Assembly (NCBI GenBank): GCA_907165135.1
Contig: OU015566.1
Coordinates: 2,418,001-2,482,000 of the forward strand
Reading direction: 5' to 3'
From: Oikopleura dioica
Taxonomy: Eukaryota > Animalia > Chordata
Length of the DNA: 64,000 nt
In this document: one piece after another, positions 1 to 11,888 of the stretch
How positions within the stretch are numbered: the first letter of the stretch is position 1
How the letters are laid out: each line of letters begins with the position of its first letter
The notes under the pieces: model-generated
Databases searched by the model: none
Seen by the model: only the letters and a program-made list of their open reading frames with translations
What the model was told of the DNA's origin: nothing
Position numbers and translations under genes: made by a program

Positions 1-3000
1 CTGATACCATTCCTGGTCTGGGGTCCGAACAATCAGCTTCAAGGCTTACGAGAAGCAGTTTACATCGCCAAAGCACTAAACCGTTCACTCGCTGCGCCAA
101 TATTCTACCCAAACTGGAATCAATGGGACAAATTGCCAACTATTCTGAACGCTTCTATGCGTCTCGACGTAGAAAGTCTTTCGAGAGTCGTCTCCTTAAT
201 TGATCCGGCAGAAGTTTCAACTCTTTGCGATGGAAAAATCGATGCGGTTTTTTTCACAAGGAGGGTCCTGAAAACGTTTAAGGGGGTAGAAACAGCTTTC
301 TTGATTTTGAACTCTAGCTACATAAAAGAAAACATCCGGTTTATTTATGTTAACAGAAGTTCCTCATAAATGACCTAAAAGAGGGGTCCAGCCAGGGTTC
401 CAATTTTGCCAAAAAATTTTTGGAGTGGAGTGAAGCGATGAGTTGATAGCCCAAAAAATTTTTTGAGCGGAGTGGATGCCCAAAAATTGGTTGAGCGAGT
501 GGAGAGGGTGAGCGGAGTGGATTCTGAGTGCATTTCGAGCGAAGTTTGAGCGATTAAAATTTTTTTTTTTGCATTACATGCACCCTACGCAGAATGCACA
601 TAAAAAAGAGTCACGGTGCCGGATTCTCTTAGAACGATTTCATTCTCGTATTAATAGTGAATTCACAGTATTATTCTACTTATGATAGAGAAAAACCGAA
701 AATTGGAAAAGAAAGCTGATGAATTGCAGATATGATTTGCAAAAAGAAACTTGTAAAAATCTTTATACCAAAAAATAACTGTGAGCGCGTGAAGTTGAGC
801 TCGGCGCTGCTTCCAGGGGTCCCTTAAAGAAAAGAGGTTGAAAAAGGTCGGGCCCCCACGAGCAGATAGAAACCCAAGTCATCTTTGCACGCCGTGAGCA
901 AGCCTTTCCTTGCTCTTTCTGAAGGATAAGGAAGGGTTTTAACGAAAAGCAGGGTTTTGATTTGAGGGTGTAGCTAATGATAAACTGCTAATCTGCCAGA
1001 AACGTGCTGTTGGAACTTCTTGGCAGCAATATTCTCTATAATAGATCAATTTGATGACTGCGTGAGCCTGAGATTTTCAATTCTAAAACTGACGAACATT
1101 CAGGTAGCCAATCAAAGCTTGATTAAAAAAGGCCCAAGATACAAAAATCCACTCCATCCACTCAAAATCCACTCCGGAGTGGATTTTAAACATTGTTGGA
1201 GTGGAGTGGAGCGAATGAAAGGATGCTAAAAATTAAGGCTGTGGAGTGGATCCACTCCGCTCAAAATCCACTCCATCGCTCAGCAAAATTGGAACCCTGG
1301 GTTCAGCTTCACAAAAATGTGAATGAAAATTGTTTTCTTATTATTTGACTCGAGATATCGAGGTTGAAAATGTGCGAAAATCGAGAATTTCGGAAAGATG
1401 GGTTGCTTCTGAGCCCCATTTCTCGAAAATTTGATTATTAAGGACCCCCCGTCAGCTTTTTTTGAAAAATCGAATTTCGGAATTTTTGAATTTTGCCCCC
1501 GGAAATGGATTCAACGGGCCAAAAAACGATTTTGACGCTTCATTTTTTGGGGGTCTATCTCGACTCTAACACCCTCAAAATCGCATTTGAAAATAAGCTT
1601 TTCACCGAAAATTGACGAATTTGCCCTTATTTTGGCAACAATATTGATTTTTCTTGGTCAAATCTTCGTCTTATCAAGTTTTTGAAGCAAGTTTAACTTA
1701 AGGACACATAAAAAACCAAAAATATGGTGTTTTTTAAAATTTCGATTTTTCGTAGGATAAAGCTGACGGGGGGTCCTTAAAACAAATTTCGAGGGAGATG
1801 TTCCTAGATCTAAGATGTTTCTATCTTAAAATGAAAAGAAAAATTGAAAATCTAAGATTTTTTTGTTTGTAGCGCCAGTTAAAAATCGCTTATTTTCGAA
1901 AAAGCTGTTTCTACCCCTGAAATAATTCAAAAGATAATTCGAGATATTTAAGAGATGGCAATTAAGAATTTCTCTAAGATTCTTGATTTTTGCCATTCAT
2001 TTTTACTTTTTTTGGGAGGGGTCATGATATTTTGCAATTCAGAACTCTATTTCAAGAAACGAAGGAGATAACAAAGAAACAATAGCCATGGAGTATTATG
2101 GTCTGAAGTACGCGGAAGATCGTATCTATAAAGATCGTTATCCAAGAGAAATGCCGTTTCGAGATGCAATCAACCGCACCAAAGTTGCTGAGTACTATTC
2201 TTCTGATGTCAAATGCGCTCAATTACAATTTCCCTGGAGCACGATCCTTGATGAAGAAATTTCGAAGCAAACTCATCTCAAGAGCAGACAAAGAAGTGAC
2301 GAGTTCAAGGAAATGATAGAAATAATTAAACATACAAGGAGACCAGTGTTTATCAGAGAAGCGGCGAAAAAATTTCTGAAAATAAATGGAATTGAAAAAA
2401 TTGCCGTGATGCATTGGCGATATGATGATGTAAGAAAACTGTAAAATTGGGGCGCACTGGTTATGTCGCCGAATGTCGCCGAATGTCGCCGAATGTCGCT
2501 GAATGTCGCCGAATGTCGCCGAATGTCGCCGAATGTCGCCACTTATTTTCGAAAAAATAGGAATTATGAAAGAAAAATTGTTTTTTTGGCTCAAATATAC
2601 AAAACAAACTTGTTCTAGAACCGTAAAAGGCGGAAATAGTAGGAGGCGCGGCAATAGAAGCGTGTCCAGCCCGACCAGTGAGTTTCCTACCACAAATTGC
2701 GCGGAGCGCTTTCTTGTCTCGAAATTATGCCAAAACAGTTCTAGAACAAGTTTGTTTTGAAATTTCTTGGTTAAAAACCAGTTTTCTTTCCAAAAATCCT
2801 GGTTTTAAAAAATAGGTGGCGACATTCGGCGACATTCGGCGACATTCGGCGACATTCGGCGACATTCGGCGACATAACCAGTGTCGACCGTAAAAATTTC
2901 CAGAAAGTGTAATTTAACACGTTCAGAACGACTATATTCACAATAAAAATTGGCGAAGGCAAATGGCGGAGGATTTTATAATGGAGATAAGGGTTCGAAA

Positions 3001-3552
3001 TCACCAGGACCAATACGCCTAAATACCTTTTTTTCTTGAGACGAGTTTATTTTGTCGAGAGAATTTTGAGCCCTGATTGAGATGAAGCATGAAGAAAAGT
3101 ATCAAAAAATTCAGCAAAGAGTTATCAAAAACACTTAAATCAAAGAACCTAACAACAATCTACTTCGCCAGTCCTCCGGACGAAAAACCTCTTTTGGAAA
3201 CAATTGAGAAAGGATTAGATGGACAGAAAGTCGTAAGCGATCAACTTCTTGTAGAATTTTTGCGGAAAGAGTTCGAAAATTGCATTGAAATTATGGAAGA
3301 CTTCGGAGATATGATCTCGCTAATGGAACAAGAGCTTTGTTATCTGTCAACGCTTTTTGTTTATTCTTGTTTTAGCACGTGGAGGTACTAATGTGATTAT
3401 CTAAGATCTTACCTTATTATTTGTTTTTTAGCGCGAATGTTCTACTTGAAAGACAAATTGACGGTTTCTTCGAAAACGAGACGAATGTCAAACTTATTGC
3501 AAGTGCTATTGGGAAAGAATACACTGGCCTTTGCTTTCCTGATAATCCATAA
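1..3552 (+). CDS. GDP-fucose protein O-fucosyltransferase family (O-FucT) gene, 5'-truncated, multi-exon
   Basis: Frame 1 from base 1 reads WGPNNQLQGLREAVYIAKALNRSLAAP (family N-terminal motif). Later exons give AVMHWRYDD, IYFASP and SLMEQELCYLSTLFVYSCFSTW|SANVLLER. Predicted exons: <1-264, 2043-2429, 2927-2985, 3088-3384, 3432-3552 (TAA). The 2986-3087 junction is ambiguous. Confidence 0.85.
393..1299. mobile_element. hAT-type non-autonomous element nested in the 282-1917 element
   Basis: TIR CAGGGTTCCAATTTTGC (393-409) / GCAAAATTGGAACCCTG (1283-1299). 8-bp TSD GGTCCAGC / GGTTCAGC (one mismatch). Subterminal GGAGTGGA/TCCACTCC repeats on both arms. Confidence 0.85.
1442..1776. mobile_element. 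335-bp Kolobok-type MITE
   Basis: Perfect 18-bp TIR GGACCCCCCGTCAGCTTT / AAAGCTGACGGGGGGTCC with TTAA on both sides (1438-1441, 1777-1780). Confidence 0.9.
2455..2883. mobile_element. CACTG-terminated foldback element with 10-bp subterminal arrays, in O-FucT intron 2
   Basis: Termini CACTGGTTATGTCGCC / GGCGACATAACCAGTG. Tandem GAATGTCGCC units on the left arm and GGCGACATTC units on the right. No clean TSD. Confidence 0.8.
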
Positions 3553-3590
3553 AAATAAAAAAGTTTTGTTTAAATTGACAATTTGAGTTG

Positions 3591-3986
3591 CAGTTATTTT
3601 CCTCTTCTGTGGACATATTTTGTCCCAGATTTTTATAAAAATGTCCACAAAAGTGGGCGAGAGTCTTCAAAAATGTCCTGCGGTAGGGCCCTAAAATTTT
3701 TTCCTCGATAAGTTTATCTTCGAAAAATGGCAGATTTCATCACCAAAACGCCTTTTTAGCCTGTTTAACCATTTATGGACCATAAATTATGGTCAATTAA
3801 ACTGTATAATCCATTGATTTCTTAGAGATAAACATCCTCATTTTGAAAAAAACACCCACTTTCTTCCTCTTAAATTTTCTCGGCTGGACAAAAGGGGAAT
3901 TATATCATTGCATAAGTGTCCCTCGAAAACCTCTTATAATGAAGAAAATGTCCACAAATAATGGTCCACAAAAGAGGAAAAAACTG
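3591..3986. mobile_element. Probable MITE
   Basis: Imperfect inverted ends CAGTTATTTTCCTCTTCTGTGGAC / GTCCACAAAAGAGGAAAAAACTG with internal AAAATGTCC motifs. No TSD found. Confidence 0.55.
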
Positions 3987-5246
3987 AGCTAGCAAAAATT
4001 TTTTGACTTGTTTTCATGGGTGGTGGAGCCGGTTAGGGTTGTGCATTTGATGACATTTTGCTAGGTCTCTCTATTTTTAGTTCCTTTGATCGAGTTCTTT
4101 TGCTTGAGATCGAAGACCTCAATTGATGCTTGGCTGTTGTATAAGTCACTGCAGATCTGCGTCAAATTATCAGCTTGCTGATTTCGCCGGACTTCGAGGA
4201 AGCGAATCTCGCCATTTTCGCATAGCTTGTTGATCTCATCACCGGCCGTTCCAACATCGGTGTATTTTGCTGGTGGCAAAGCTGATATTCTTGAAGTGCT
4301 ATAAACAAACAAGTTCGTAAACATCTTTGATATTATCTAAATGCCAATAGACATGCGCGTTAATAAAATACAATTGAAGAGAAAATGTTTTTTGGTGTTA
4401 TTATTATTCATGAAACAAGAGGATTCGCTTATACTTTATTTCTAAGAGTTAATGAAGTTGTTCTCAATTAGAAGTCCTGACTTCACGCCACCGTCCGAAT
4501 ATTATTTAGTCATATTTTCGATCGACCCAGCTAAAAATATCATTGTGAAAGAACTTGAGCGCAAAATACCATAGCTATTTCGACAAAACCAGAACTTAGT
4601 TAAAGAGCTCAGTTAACCCATCTTCCTCCGTGTGTCTTCACTAAGGACGCGAAAGCCTCTTCTTTAGGCATCAAAATTATGATTGTAAGGTGAGCAATAA
4701 ATTCTCAGATATGGTGGAAATCGAAGTTGTCTTTCAGACACAAGTGCGTGATTACCTTGATTGAATTTATACCTTTTCAGTGCTATTCAGAGACAGTTGG
4801 ACTGCTTGCTGAGACTTTAGAATAGAGCAAGCCAAAAATAGAGTTAGAACATAAACGATCTATGACTAAAAGGCGTATTAGGTACGAAATTTAAGGGTGG
4901 CATTTCGAGTTAAAAATACTGATGCCAAATAATTCGATCTTCTGTGAAAATTTTCTTATTTTATCTGATACAGCGGTCATTTTTCAGAAATTTTCGAGAT
5001 TTTTTTTGGATGTTTGCTTGAGACAAAAAATTCGACAAGAGAATAATTTCAAAAAGAGACGTTCATTTGACCAAATGTCTGCTTAAATTCTTCATATTCG
5101 TTGATACGCTAAGCGCGATGGGCTCATGGCTTATTAGAATCAACGCGACGAGAATGGGTTAAAATATTTTCGTTGAAGAACTTGAGCGCTAATGAGCAGA
5201 GTTGCTTTGACGTGTCCAAAGTCAAATCGAAAAGCATTTTTAAAAA

Positions 5247-8200
5247 ATGTCTTTCTTTCGGAACATTTCATATTTCTATCCTTTTTCAATATTGATTATG
5301 TTTTTCACTTCATTTTTAATTAAACTTGAGCGTGACTATGAATTTCTATATCTAAGAGAGGATAAAATCAGAAAGATTCATGATGAAAAGAAGCTTAAGT
5401 TTTACGTCGATCACGGGACATTTGATCCAGCAATTACAAAAACAACACCCTATGAGATCATTTCTTCACCGAATGAGGACTTAGAAGACATCGACATTAT
5501 GTTTGGTTTAAAAACTGTTTTAAAGAATCGTAATATAAGGGAAAAAATTCGGAAGTCCTTTGGCAATCCCGAATTATACCGAGAAAAATACAAAGTAAAA
5601 TTTGTATTTCTACTCGGTAAAAAGGATGATTACGACGAAAATCTTATTCTCGACGAGAAAAATCTTTACGACGACATTCTGTATGGAAGCTTCCAAGATT
5701 CCTACTGGAACTTGACGTACAAGGAAATCATGTTCTACACTTGGACGGAGCAAAAGGCGCCAAATGTCAAATTCGTCTATCGAGGCGACGATGACAATTT
5801 TTTGAACCCGCTTGGATTGATGAAGTTTTTTGACGAGCACTGGAGCCAAGCAAATGCAGAACCAGCCTTGTGGGGTGGAATAATAAAGGAAAACAATTCG
5901 TTGCTTGGCCAAGGAATGAAAGTGGAAGAAATAAGAAAAGAGAGAAAAGCTGATGTGTGAGTCAAAAGCGAATCAACATTAGATTTTAATCAAGAGTCTT
6001 TCTTGTTTTAGTGTTGTTCTTCCGCAATTTATCAATTCGGGCTATTTTCAGGTGGCCAGGGTTGAAATTTCCCCCTTATCCTGCTGGTTCGGGCCAAATC
6101 ATCAATCGAAACGCTTTATTCGTTCTTGGAAGCCAGATGCAGCGCACTCCAATAACTTCTGTTGATGATGCCTTTGTTGGAATTTGCATGCTGTACGCTG
6201 GCTTCGAACAGGGGTGACCATTTGGCATTGGGCATTTGGGCAAATCGGGCAATTTTCGGGCAAAAACGCTTTTGGGCGGGCAATTGGTCGACTCAACGCC
6301 TGAAAATAGGCTGGGCAACATGGGATACGTCGGGCATTTGGGCATTTTCTGGGCAGTTGGGCACCATTGGGCAGCTGGGCAAATGCCCACCGGGGAAAAT
6401 CACGAACGTGGGCTTTTTCCTGCCCGCTTATTGGTCTTTAAGCTCGCAAAGAAAAAAAAGATATAAGGAGAAGGTTCTGCAAGGGTGTGTGAAGTGGACC
6501 TCAATGGTTAGCTGTCTACCTTTGACCTCCTGATCCTTTTATGAAATTATCCACCCCGTTAACTCGATTTTTTTGCGGAGATGGTTCTGCAAGGGTCTGT
6601 GAAGTGCACCTTGAAGGTTAGCTGTATACGGTAGACTCCACCCTTGACCTCCAGATCCTTTTTATCCCTTATTTTTGAACCCCTTGTTCGAGACGGTTAT
6701 GCAAGAGTGTGTGAAGTGGACCTTTATGGTTAGCTGTCTATTCTTGACAACCGGACGGAACTTTTACATAATTATTTTTTCGACCCCTTTTAAATATTTT
6801 TCAAACCTTTCAAGAGCCTTTTTTTGCTTAAAATTCGTTCAATCACTTCAACTGAAACAAATTATTAAAAGAAAAGTAAAAAAGTAAAGTTTTAAGAAGC
6901 CTGAAATGCCGGGAAAATTTTTGCCCGAAAAATTGCCCAATCGCCCGATTGGGCATTCTGGGCACATTGGACTGGTCGGGCATTTGGTCGGCCCGGGTCT
7001 TGATTTTTGGTATTGGGCGGGCAATTGGTCGGCCCGACGATAATTTTTTGCCTAAATGGTCACCCCTGGCTTCGAACATAGGCTCTTCGATTACGAGGGA
7101 TTCATGTATCCGGGATTGCTTGAAGATAATAAAATTTGCTCTGTGGTTAAATCTTTAAGCATCCATTATCCGAAGTTTGATTATGAGTGCATGGTTAATA
7201 AAATCAATGTTTATGCTGAAAGATGTGATCGTGAAGGTAGGTTAGACATTTCTGCTTCTTGCAATTGGTACGACATGAGTTTTTCCCCGCCGAATATCGA
7301 CGGACCAATGTTTCAACGTTGCGGGGCGCAATTTAACAACAGCAGATGTAGTACCAACAGGCCCTTGGATCGACATTTGGAAACGATTTTTAATGAGTTC
7401 ATATATTTTTTTAAAGAGTCGAGCGGGTAGGAGTTAAGCTCACGCCTTTTTCGATTTTGCTTGAGACAATAATCAAAATATTTGTCTATTAAAAGAGTAT
7501 AAAAGAAAAAAAATCTTATTCCGAATAGAGAGCCAAGAGAAGAGATGACTGGGCTGTGAAAAAACCTGAAAGTGGACCATGTTGCAGCCCGGAAGGCTAC
7601 TGTGTGCCAACGGAATCGAATTGCTCCTGCGCCGATTGTGTAGATTTTCTTGAACTCGAAAATTGTAAGTAAATTTTAAATTTCCGCTTGTTCTATAAGC
7701 CTTTTCGTAAACTTTTGTTTTTAAATTTTAAGGGAACTCTCCTTAAGTAAAAATTAATCATGAATCATCAATATTTATTTGAAGATAAAAATGCTATTCT
7801 CGATCATGAGATGGGCGTCACCTGCTGTTCATTGGTTCAAGTACATTCGAAAATGCTTTTTAGGTTCAGAGTTAACAGTGAAATGAATATTATATCTCGG
7901 TTGCATGAAAAATAAGTGCAGATTCATTCAAAAATTTTCCACCAAGACCCCTAAAATGATAATCGTAACTCCCATTAGAGGTATTTACAGGAAAATCATC
8001 ATCGATGAAGAAAACGCTGAATACGTCTCTCAAGAAGTTTCGAAAGATAAACCTGTTTTTAAGCTTGTTTATGGGAAAATAAACTCTGAGGAGTCTGGTT
8101 GGCATATTTTGATGGTTCAAAATGACACTTATAACCCATTTTATGCTTTTGGCGAAACAACTAGCAAGAACAACTGCCCAAAAAAGCTGATTGGTTCTGG

Positions 8201-8276
8201 ACCTTTCGTTGGAAAAGAAGCGTCTGTTCACTGTTACCACATGAAATACGACGAGATGACGATATCGGGATTATGA
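5247..8276 (+). CDS. Beta-1,3-galactosyltransferase family (GT31), type II membrane protein, probably with a C-terminal hevein-like chitin-binding module
   Basis: N-terminal hydrophobic segment, then FVFLLG, DDILYGSFQDSYWNLTYK, YRGDDDNF (DxD), FPPYPAGSG and VDDAFVG. Exons: 5247-5956, 6052-~6213, ~7082-~7379 (or to TAG 7430), then 7529-7664 (GPCCSPEGYC...CSCADCVDF). Further exons to 8276 are uncertain. The catalytic exon is interrupted by a hAT element. Confidence 0.8.
6209..7068. mobile_element. 860-bp hAT-type non-autonomous element inserted in a GT31 coding exon
   Basis: Perfect 15-bp TIR CAGGGGTGACCATTT / AAATGGTCACCCCTG and perfect 8-bp TSD GCTTCGAA (6201-6208, 7069-7076). Many subterminal GGGCA/TGCCC motifs. 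Confidence 0.95.
6474..6750 (+). repeat. Three diverged ~110-bp tandem units inside the hAT element
   Basis: GGTT(C/A)TGCAAG(G/A)GT(G/C)TGTGAAGTG...GGTTAGCTGT recurs near 6474, 6583 and 6696. Confidence 0.8.
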
Positions 8277-8769
8277 TAAAACCATCCTGTTTATTTGATA
8301 CTTAATCTTTGGATTATATTTATCTGTCATTTTATGAAATAGAAAAACTTAATACATAATTTCTTTGTTCTTTAATTAAAGACCACAATTGAAAAATGCA
8401 AAAAAATTTGCTGCCTATGAAAGAATTTTATCAAATTTTTTCAACTTGACTTCCGCTTCCGCACCCTTGAACTGCATTGAACTTTACGGGTTCATTAGCA
8501 ATTTTGCTCCTCGCTGTAGAAAAACTTGTAGACGGCAATACTTGAGGCTTGTTGTTTAATAAAAAATTTTGGCAAATGATGTTTACATTGTTTGTCATAA
8601 AAAGGAAAAATTCCTGGTTCTATACATGAAAAATAATAACGCCTGTATAACAGAAAAAAGACAATTTTTTTAAATTTATTATTCAAAAACTAAAAGGATC
8701 AAACTTGATTATCAGCACTCGCTTCCAGGAACAGACGCTAAAAGAAAATTTATTTATGTCAAATATTAA

Positions 8770-10740
8770 ATTTTCTTACTCTCAAGTCCCCCGGCATTGC
8801 AGTTCTCTTCGGTGCACGTGACCTTGCACGATCCAACTCGTTCTTCTTGTCCAATTGGTGAGTATCGAGTACAATCAGATTCGAGATTGATTTCGAATGG
8901 GCTGCACCCTCGGTGGAACTCGTGGTGTTCTCCCTTGCTTGTCACTATTTCTGGATAAGAATGGGACTGGCTATAACAACAGAAAGACGAATGCCTATCT
9001 TATCCCTCTTCTTGAGCACCATAAGTCGAGAAACATGCAGTATTGGCGTATCTTGGGCACAAAACGGGGTAGTCGGAAGTTTCAGCATCGACTAAATTGT
9101 TTTTGAAAAATGACACTGAATCAAGCAACCGAACCTTTTCGGCCGCAGCAGATATCGCCAGAAATATCACCATCATTATCGTATTTATCGCATTTATTGC
9201 AGCTTTCAACCCCTCCTTCTTTCTTCTCAAACTTGTCCGCAACACCCTCCAATCCAACATTGCACAATTCACCATCTTGATCTGGGAAGCAAAGATCACT
9301 GCACTCTCGCTCCTGGAAAAATTCATTCGGGGTGCTGTAGTAGCAGTATGACTCGTCGTAAGTTCGCATCGTGCAGTTTCGCTCGACTTCGTAAGTCATT
9401 TCTCCGTTGTAGTTGTTTTCAGCGATCATGATGGTCACGCAGTTGTCATTTTCGTTTGGGCAGGTTTGGGCGAAAGCACTGCCATCTTGAAAACAGCCGA
9501 TGTCGTTGTTGTCTCCAATCGTCGAATTTGAGCCGTTAACCTTTTCCCGGCAAATTGCGCAAATTGGCCAAAAGTTTCTATTTGAACCTGCTGAAATGAC
9601 TAGTAACCGATTTTCTCTGTCTCTGTCTTCACCTGATTTCACCACTGATCCAAAAGAGTTTTCTATCAAAATAAAAAACAAAAATTGAATCTTCATTTTG
9701 CAAGAAAAAATTGATCTTTTTGGAAAAAATTGACCCTCGGACGATTTTTGGCTGCAAAACAAATTGTCGAAGCCATCATTTTTACTGAATTTCAAATACG
9801 AAATTACATGATTTGGTCAGTCATTTTTGCGCAATTCGCATCGAATGAACTTTTCATCTTTCGAAATTACGGCTCCTAAGATTATTTTTTACGATTTTTA
9901 TTGAAAAGTTTGTTAGTAAAATTCAGAATTCTCAGATTTCTTTCTCAAACAAGCAGCTTGACAAAAATCAGGCAGATCAAGCTTTTGGAAACTAATGTTT
10001 TTCCTTCGCTGTTCCATTTGGTCAAGTCAACGCTCTGACGAGAAGAGGAAAAGTTGAAATCAGGATCGGAGGATATCAGCTTCTTGTCTGCGAGACCATC
10101 TTCAAGCATGTCGGTAAAAGTCATTTTGGTAGTTTCTAGCAGCTGGTCTTCAAAAGACTGCTTATCATTTTCGCTTAGAAATTCCTTGGACTCCATTTGA
10201 AACGGGAGAGTAATGATGGCTTTCATCGTGGAAGCGGTGGATTGTCGGAAGACTTGAGTTCTTAAAATTATCACTATCAAAAGATTGAATAGTTTCTTGA
10301 ATATTTTACATTGCTTCGACAAAGTCGACCTCGATGTTTTCGAATAGCAAATTCGCTTCGTCTTCTATGTTCGCGATTCTTTCTAGTACGTCCTGAAGCT
10401 GTCCCAGGAGCTCTTCCTTTTTCGAAAGATATTCCGCCGACTCTGAGTCAATGAGAGCTTGACTGAATGAAATTGTTGTTGCCATCTCGATCTGGACGAA
10501 AACATCAAGCTAAATTCGGCGGAATAAAAGGACAGAAGACCAAGAATCGCTTACTCTTTCAACTGCTGGTTTTTGCTCAACGGATCCGGAGCCCTCCTCC
10601 TCGTCAAAGTCAGCTTGTCGAACTGCTCTTTTCAGAACTCTTCTTCCGTCAAAGGTCTCTACTATTTCGAGATATTGACGAGTTTCTTTGGCAGCGCTGT
10701 AGAATTGAAAAATGGCGAAAAATATAAGCAAAGTGTTCAT
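8770..10740 (-). CDS. Secreted protein with SEA-like region and two Cys-rich (Ly6/uPAR-like) modules
   Basis: Signal peptide MNTLLIFFAIFQFYSA at 10740. Middle exon MKAIITLPFQMESKEF...FTDMLEDGL. Then CAIC...CFQDG...CPNENDNCVT...RNC...CSDLC...CN and CNKC...CPRYANTACF...RGCS...SCKVTCTEENCN. The 3' end is uncertain. Confidence 0.7.
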
Positions 10741-11622
10741 TTTTTATTCGCAATCTAGGAGAAAAGGTTTGAATTGCGTACATTCGCGTAGGTTTTCAGA
10801 AAGTTTGAAAATATTATAAAGAATAATAGGAAATTTATTCAAAAAATAAAAGAAGACTCTCAGCTTCAAAGAAGAAAAATGAAAAAAATACGGAACGACT
10901 TCATTTATATACTGGTCAATTTTATGAGCAGATCGTCAAGGCTCTAGGAAGTTATCAATTAAATTTCCTAGCAAAAAGATGAGTGTTATTTGTATAGGAA
11001 AAGAACTCAATTCTGCAAGGAAGTAATAAATTAAAACGCAGTCTCAGCGAAGTCATCATCAAATTTTTGTAGGAAGAGAAGGATCATTGAAATCAATTTG
11101 TCTTCCTTGATTGCAGCCAAGACGAAAACCCTAAAAAGCTTCTATAAAATCTATATCTATAAAATTTCTAGAATTTCTTTTTTGAAATTCCGTTTTGGCA
11201 ATAAAATAAGCGCCCTTTGCCGAGTTTCGATATTTTAACTGACCCGCTCTAATCCGTCGATGAGCGGGACTTAAAATAGTTGAACGTTGTTATGAAAATG
11301 AGCGAGCGCTGATTGGGGCTAATCCATCAAGGAAATAAATTGTACCTTTTCGTGAAATTATTAGATCGACTGCTTGGGAACGTGTCCAGCTCCATCGCTG
11401 TATTTTTTGGCCGGCGCTTCGGCCTCCAGTTTCAAAGGAATAGCGGAAAGAAGGAATTCGTTCTATCAAGAAAATGTTATACAACAGGGGTTGAGGTTAA
11501 TGAAAACTAATGAATTCTAGCGCGCACTCATTAGGAGCAGCAGCGTCTGGGGCGCTCTGGATTTTCCTGTTTCTGAAGAATTTCTTTCAAACTTTGCCAT
11601 AAACCTGTGTAAAAACCGACAG

Positions 11623-11888
11623 TGCTGGATATGTCACGAACGGCCCGAAATTCACGAATGTCACGAATGTTACGAAAATCACGAGACTCATGAATGTCAC
11701 CGAAATCACGAAAGTCACGAAAGTCACGAATGTTACGAATATCACGAAAATCACGAAAGTCACGAATGCACGAATGTCACGAAAATCACGAGATTCATGA
11801 ATGTCACGAAAACAATTTTTTTGTTCGTGACATATTTAGTCAAATCGTGACATTCATGACATTCGTGACATTCGTGACATATTCAGTG
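11623..11888. mobile_element. Foldback element with 10-bp subterminal arrays, related to 2455-2883
   Basis: Left TGCTGGATATGTCACGAA versus right TTCGTGACATATTCAGTG. Inverted arrays of GAATGTCACG / CGTGACATTC. Confidence 0.7.

Larger units (their letters stand above)
282..1917. mobile_element. Non-autonomous DNA transposon with Kolobok-type termini filling O-FucT intron 1
   Basis: 17-bp inverted repeat GGGGTAGAAACAGCTTT (283-299) / AAAGCTGTTTCTACCCC (1901-1917), flanked by TTAA (278-281) and TGAA (1918-1921). GG termini with a TTAA target are Kolobok-type. Confidence 0.7.

Noticed and set aside
282-1956. Kolobok terminus as the splice donor, with a 23-nt micro-exon at 1934-1956
   Set aside because: In-frame but needs two GG donors. 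A plain GT-AG intron at 265-2042 explains the gene.
2223-2760. ORFs with ATFGDIRRHS / MSPNVAECRR repeats
   Set aside because: They are translations of the 10-bp GAATGTCGCC array of an intronic foldback element. The same applies to 2771-3013 and 11694-11897.
4061-4324. 87-aa minus-strand ORF
   Set aside because: Protein-like composition but no recognisable motif or connected exons.
8945-9005. 8-bp end pairing GGATAAGA/TCTTATCC as another stem-bridged GA intron
   Set aside because: A canonical GT donor just upstream (TAT G|GT) gives an in-frame GT-AG intron.
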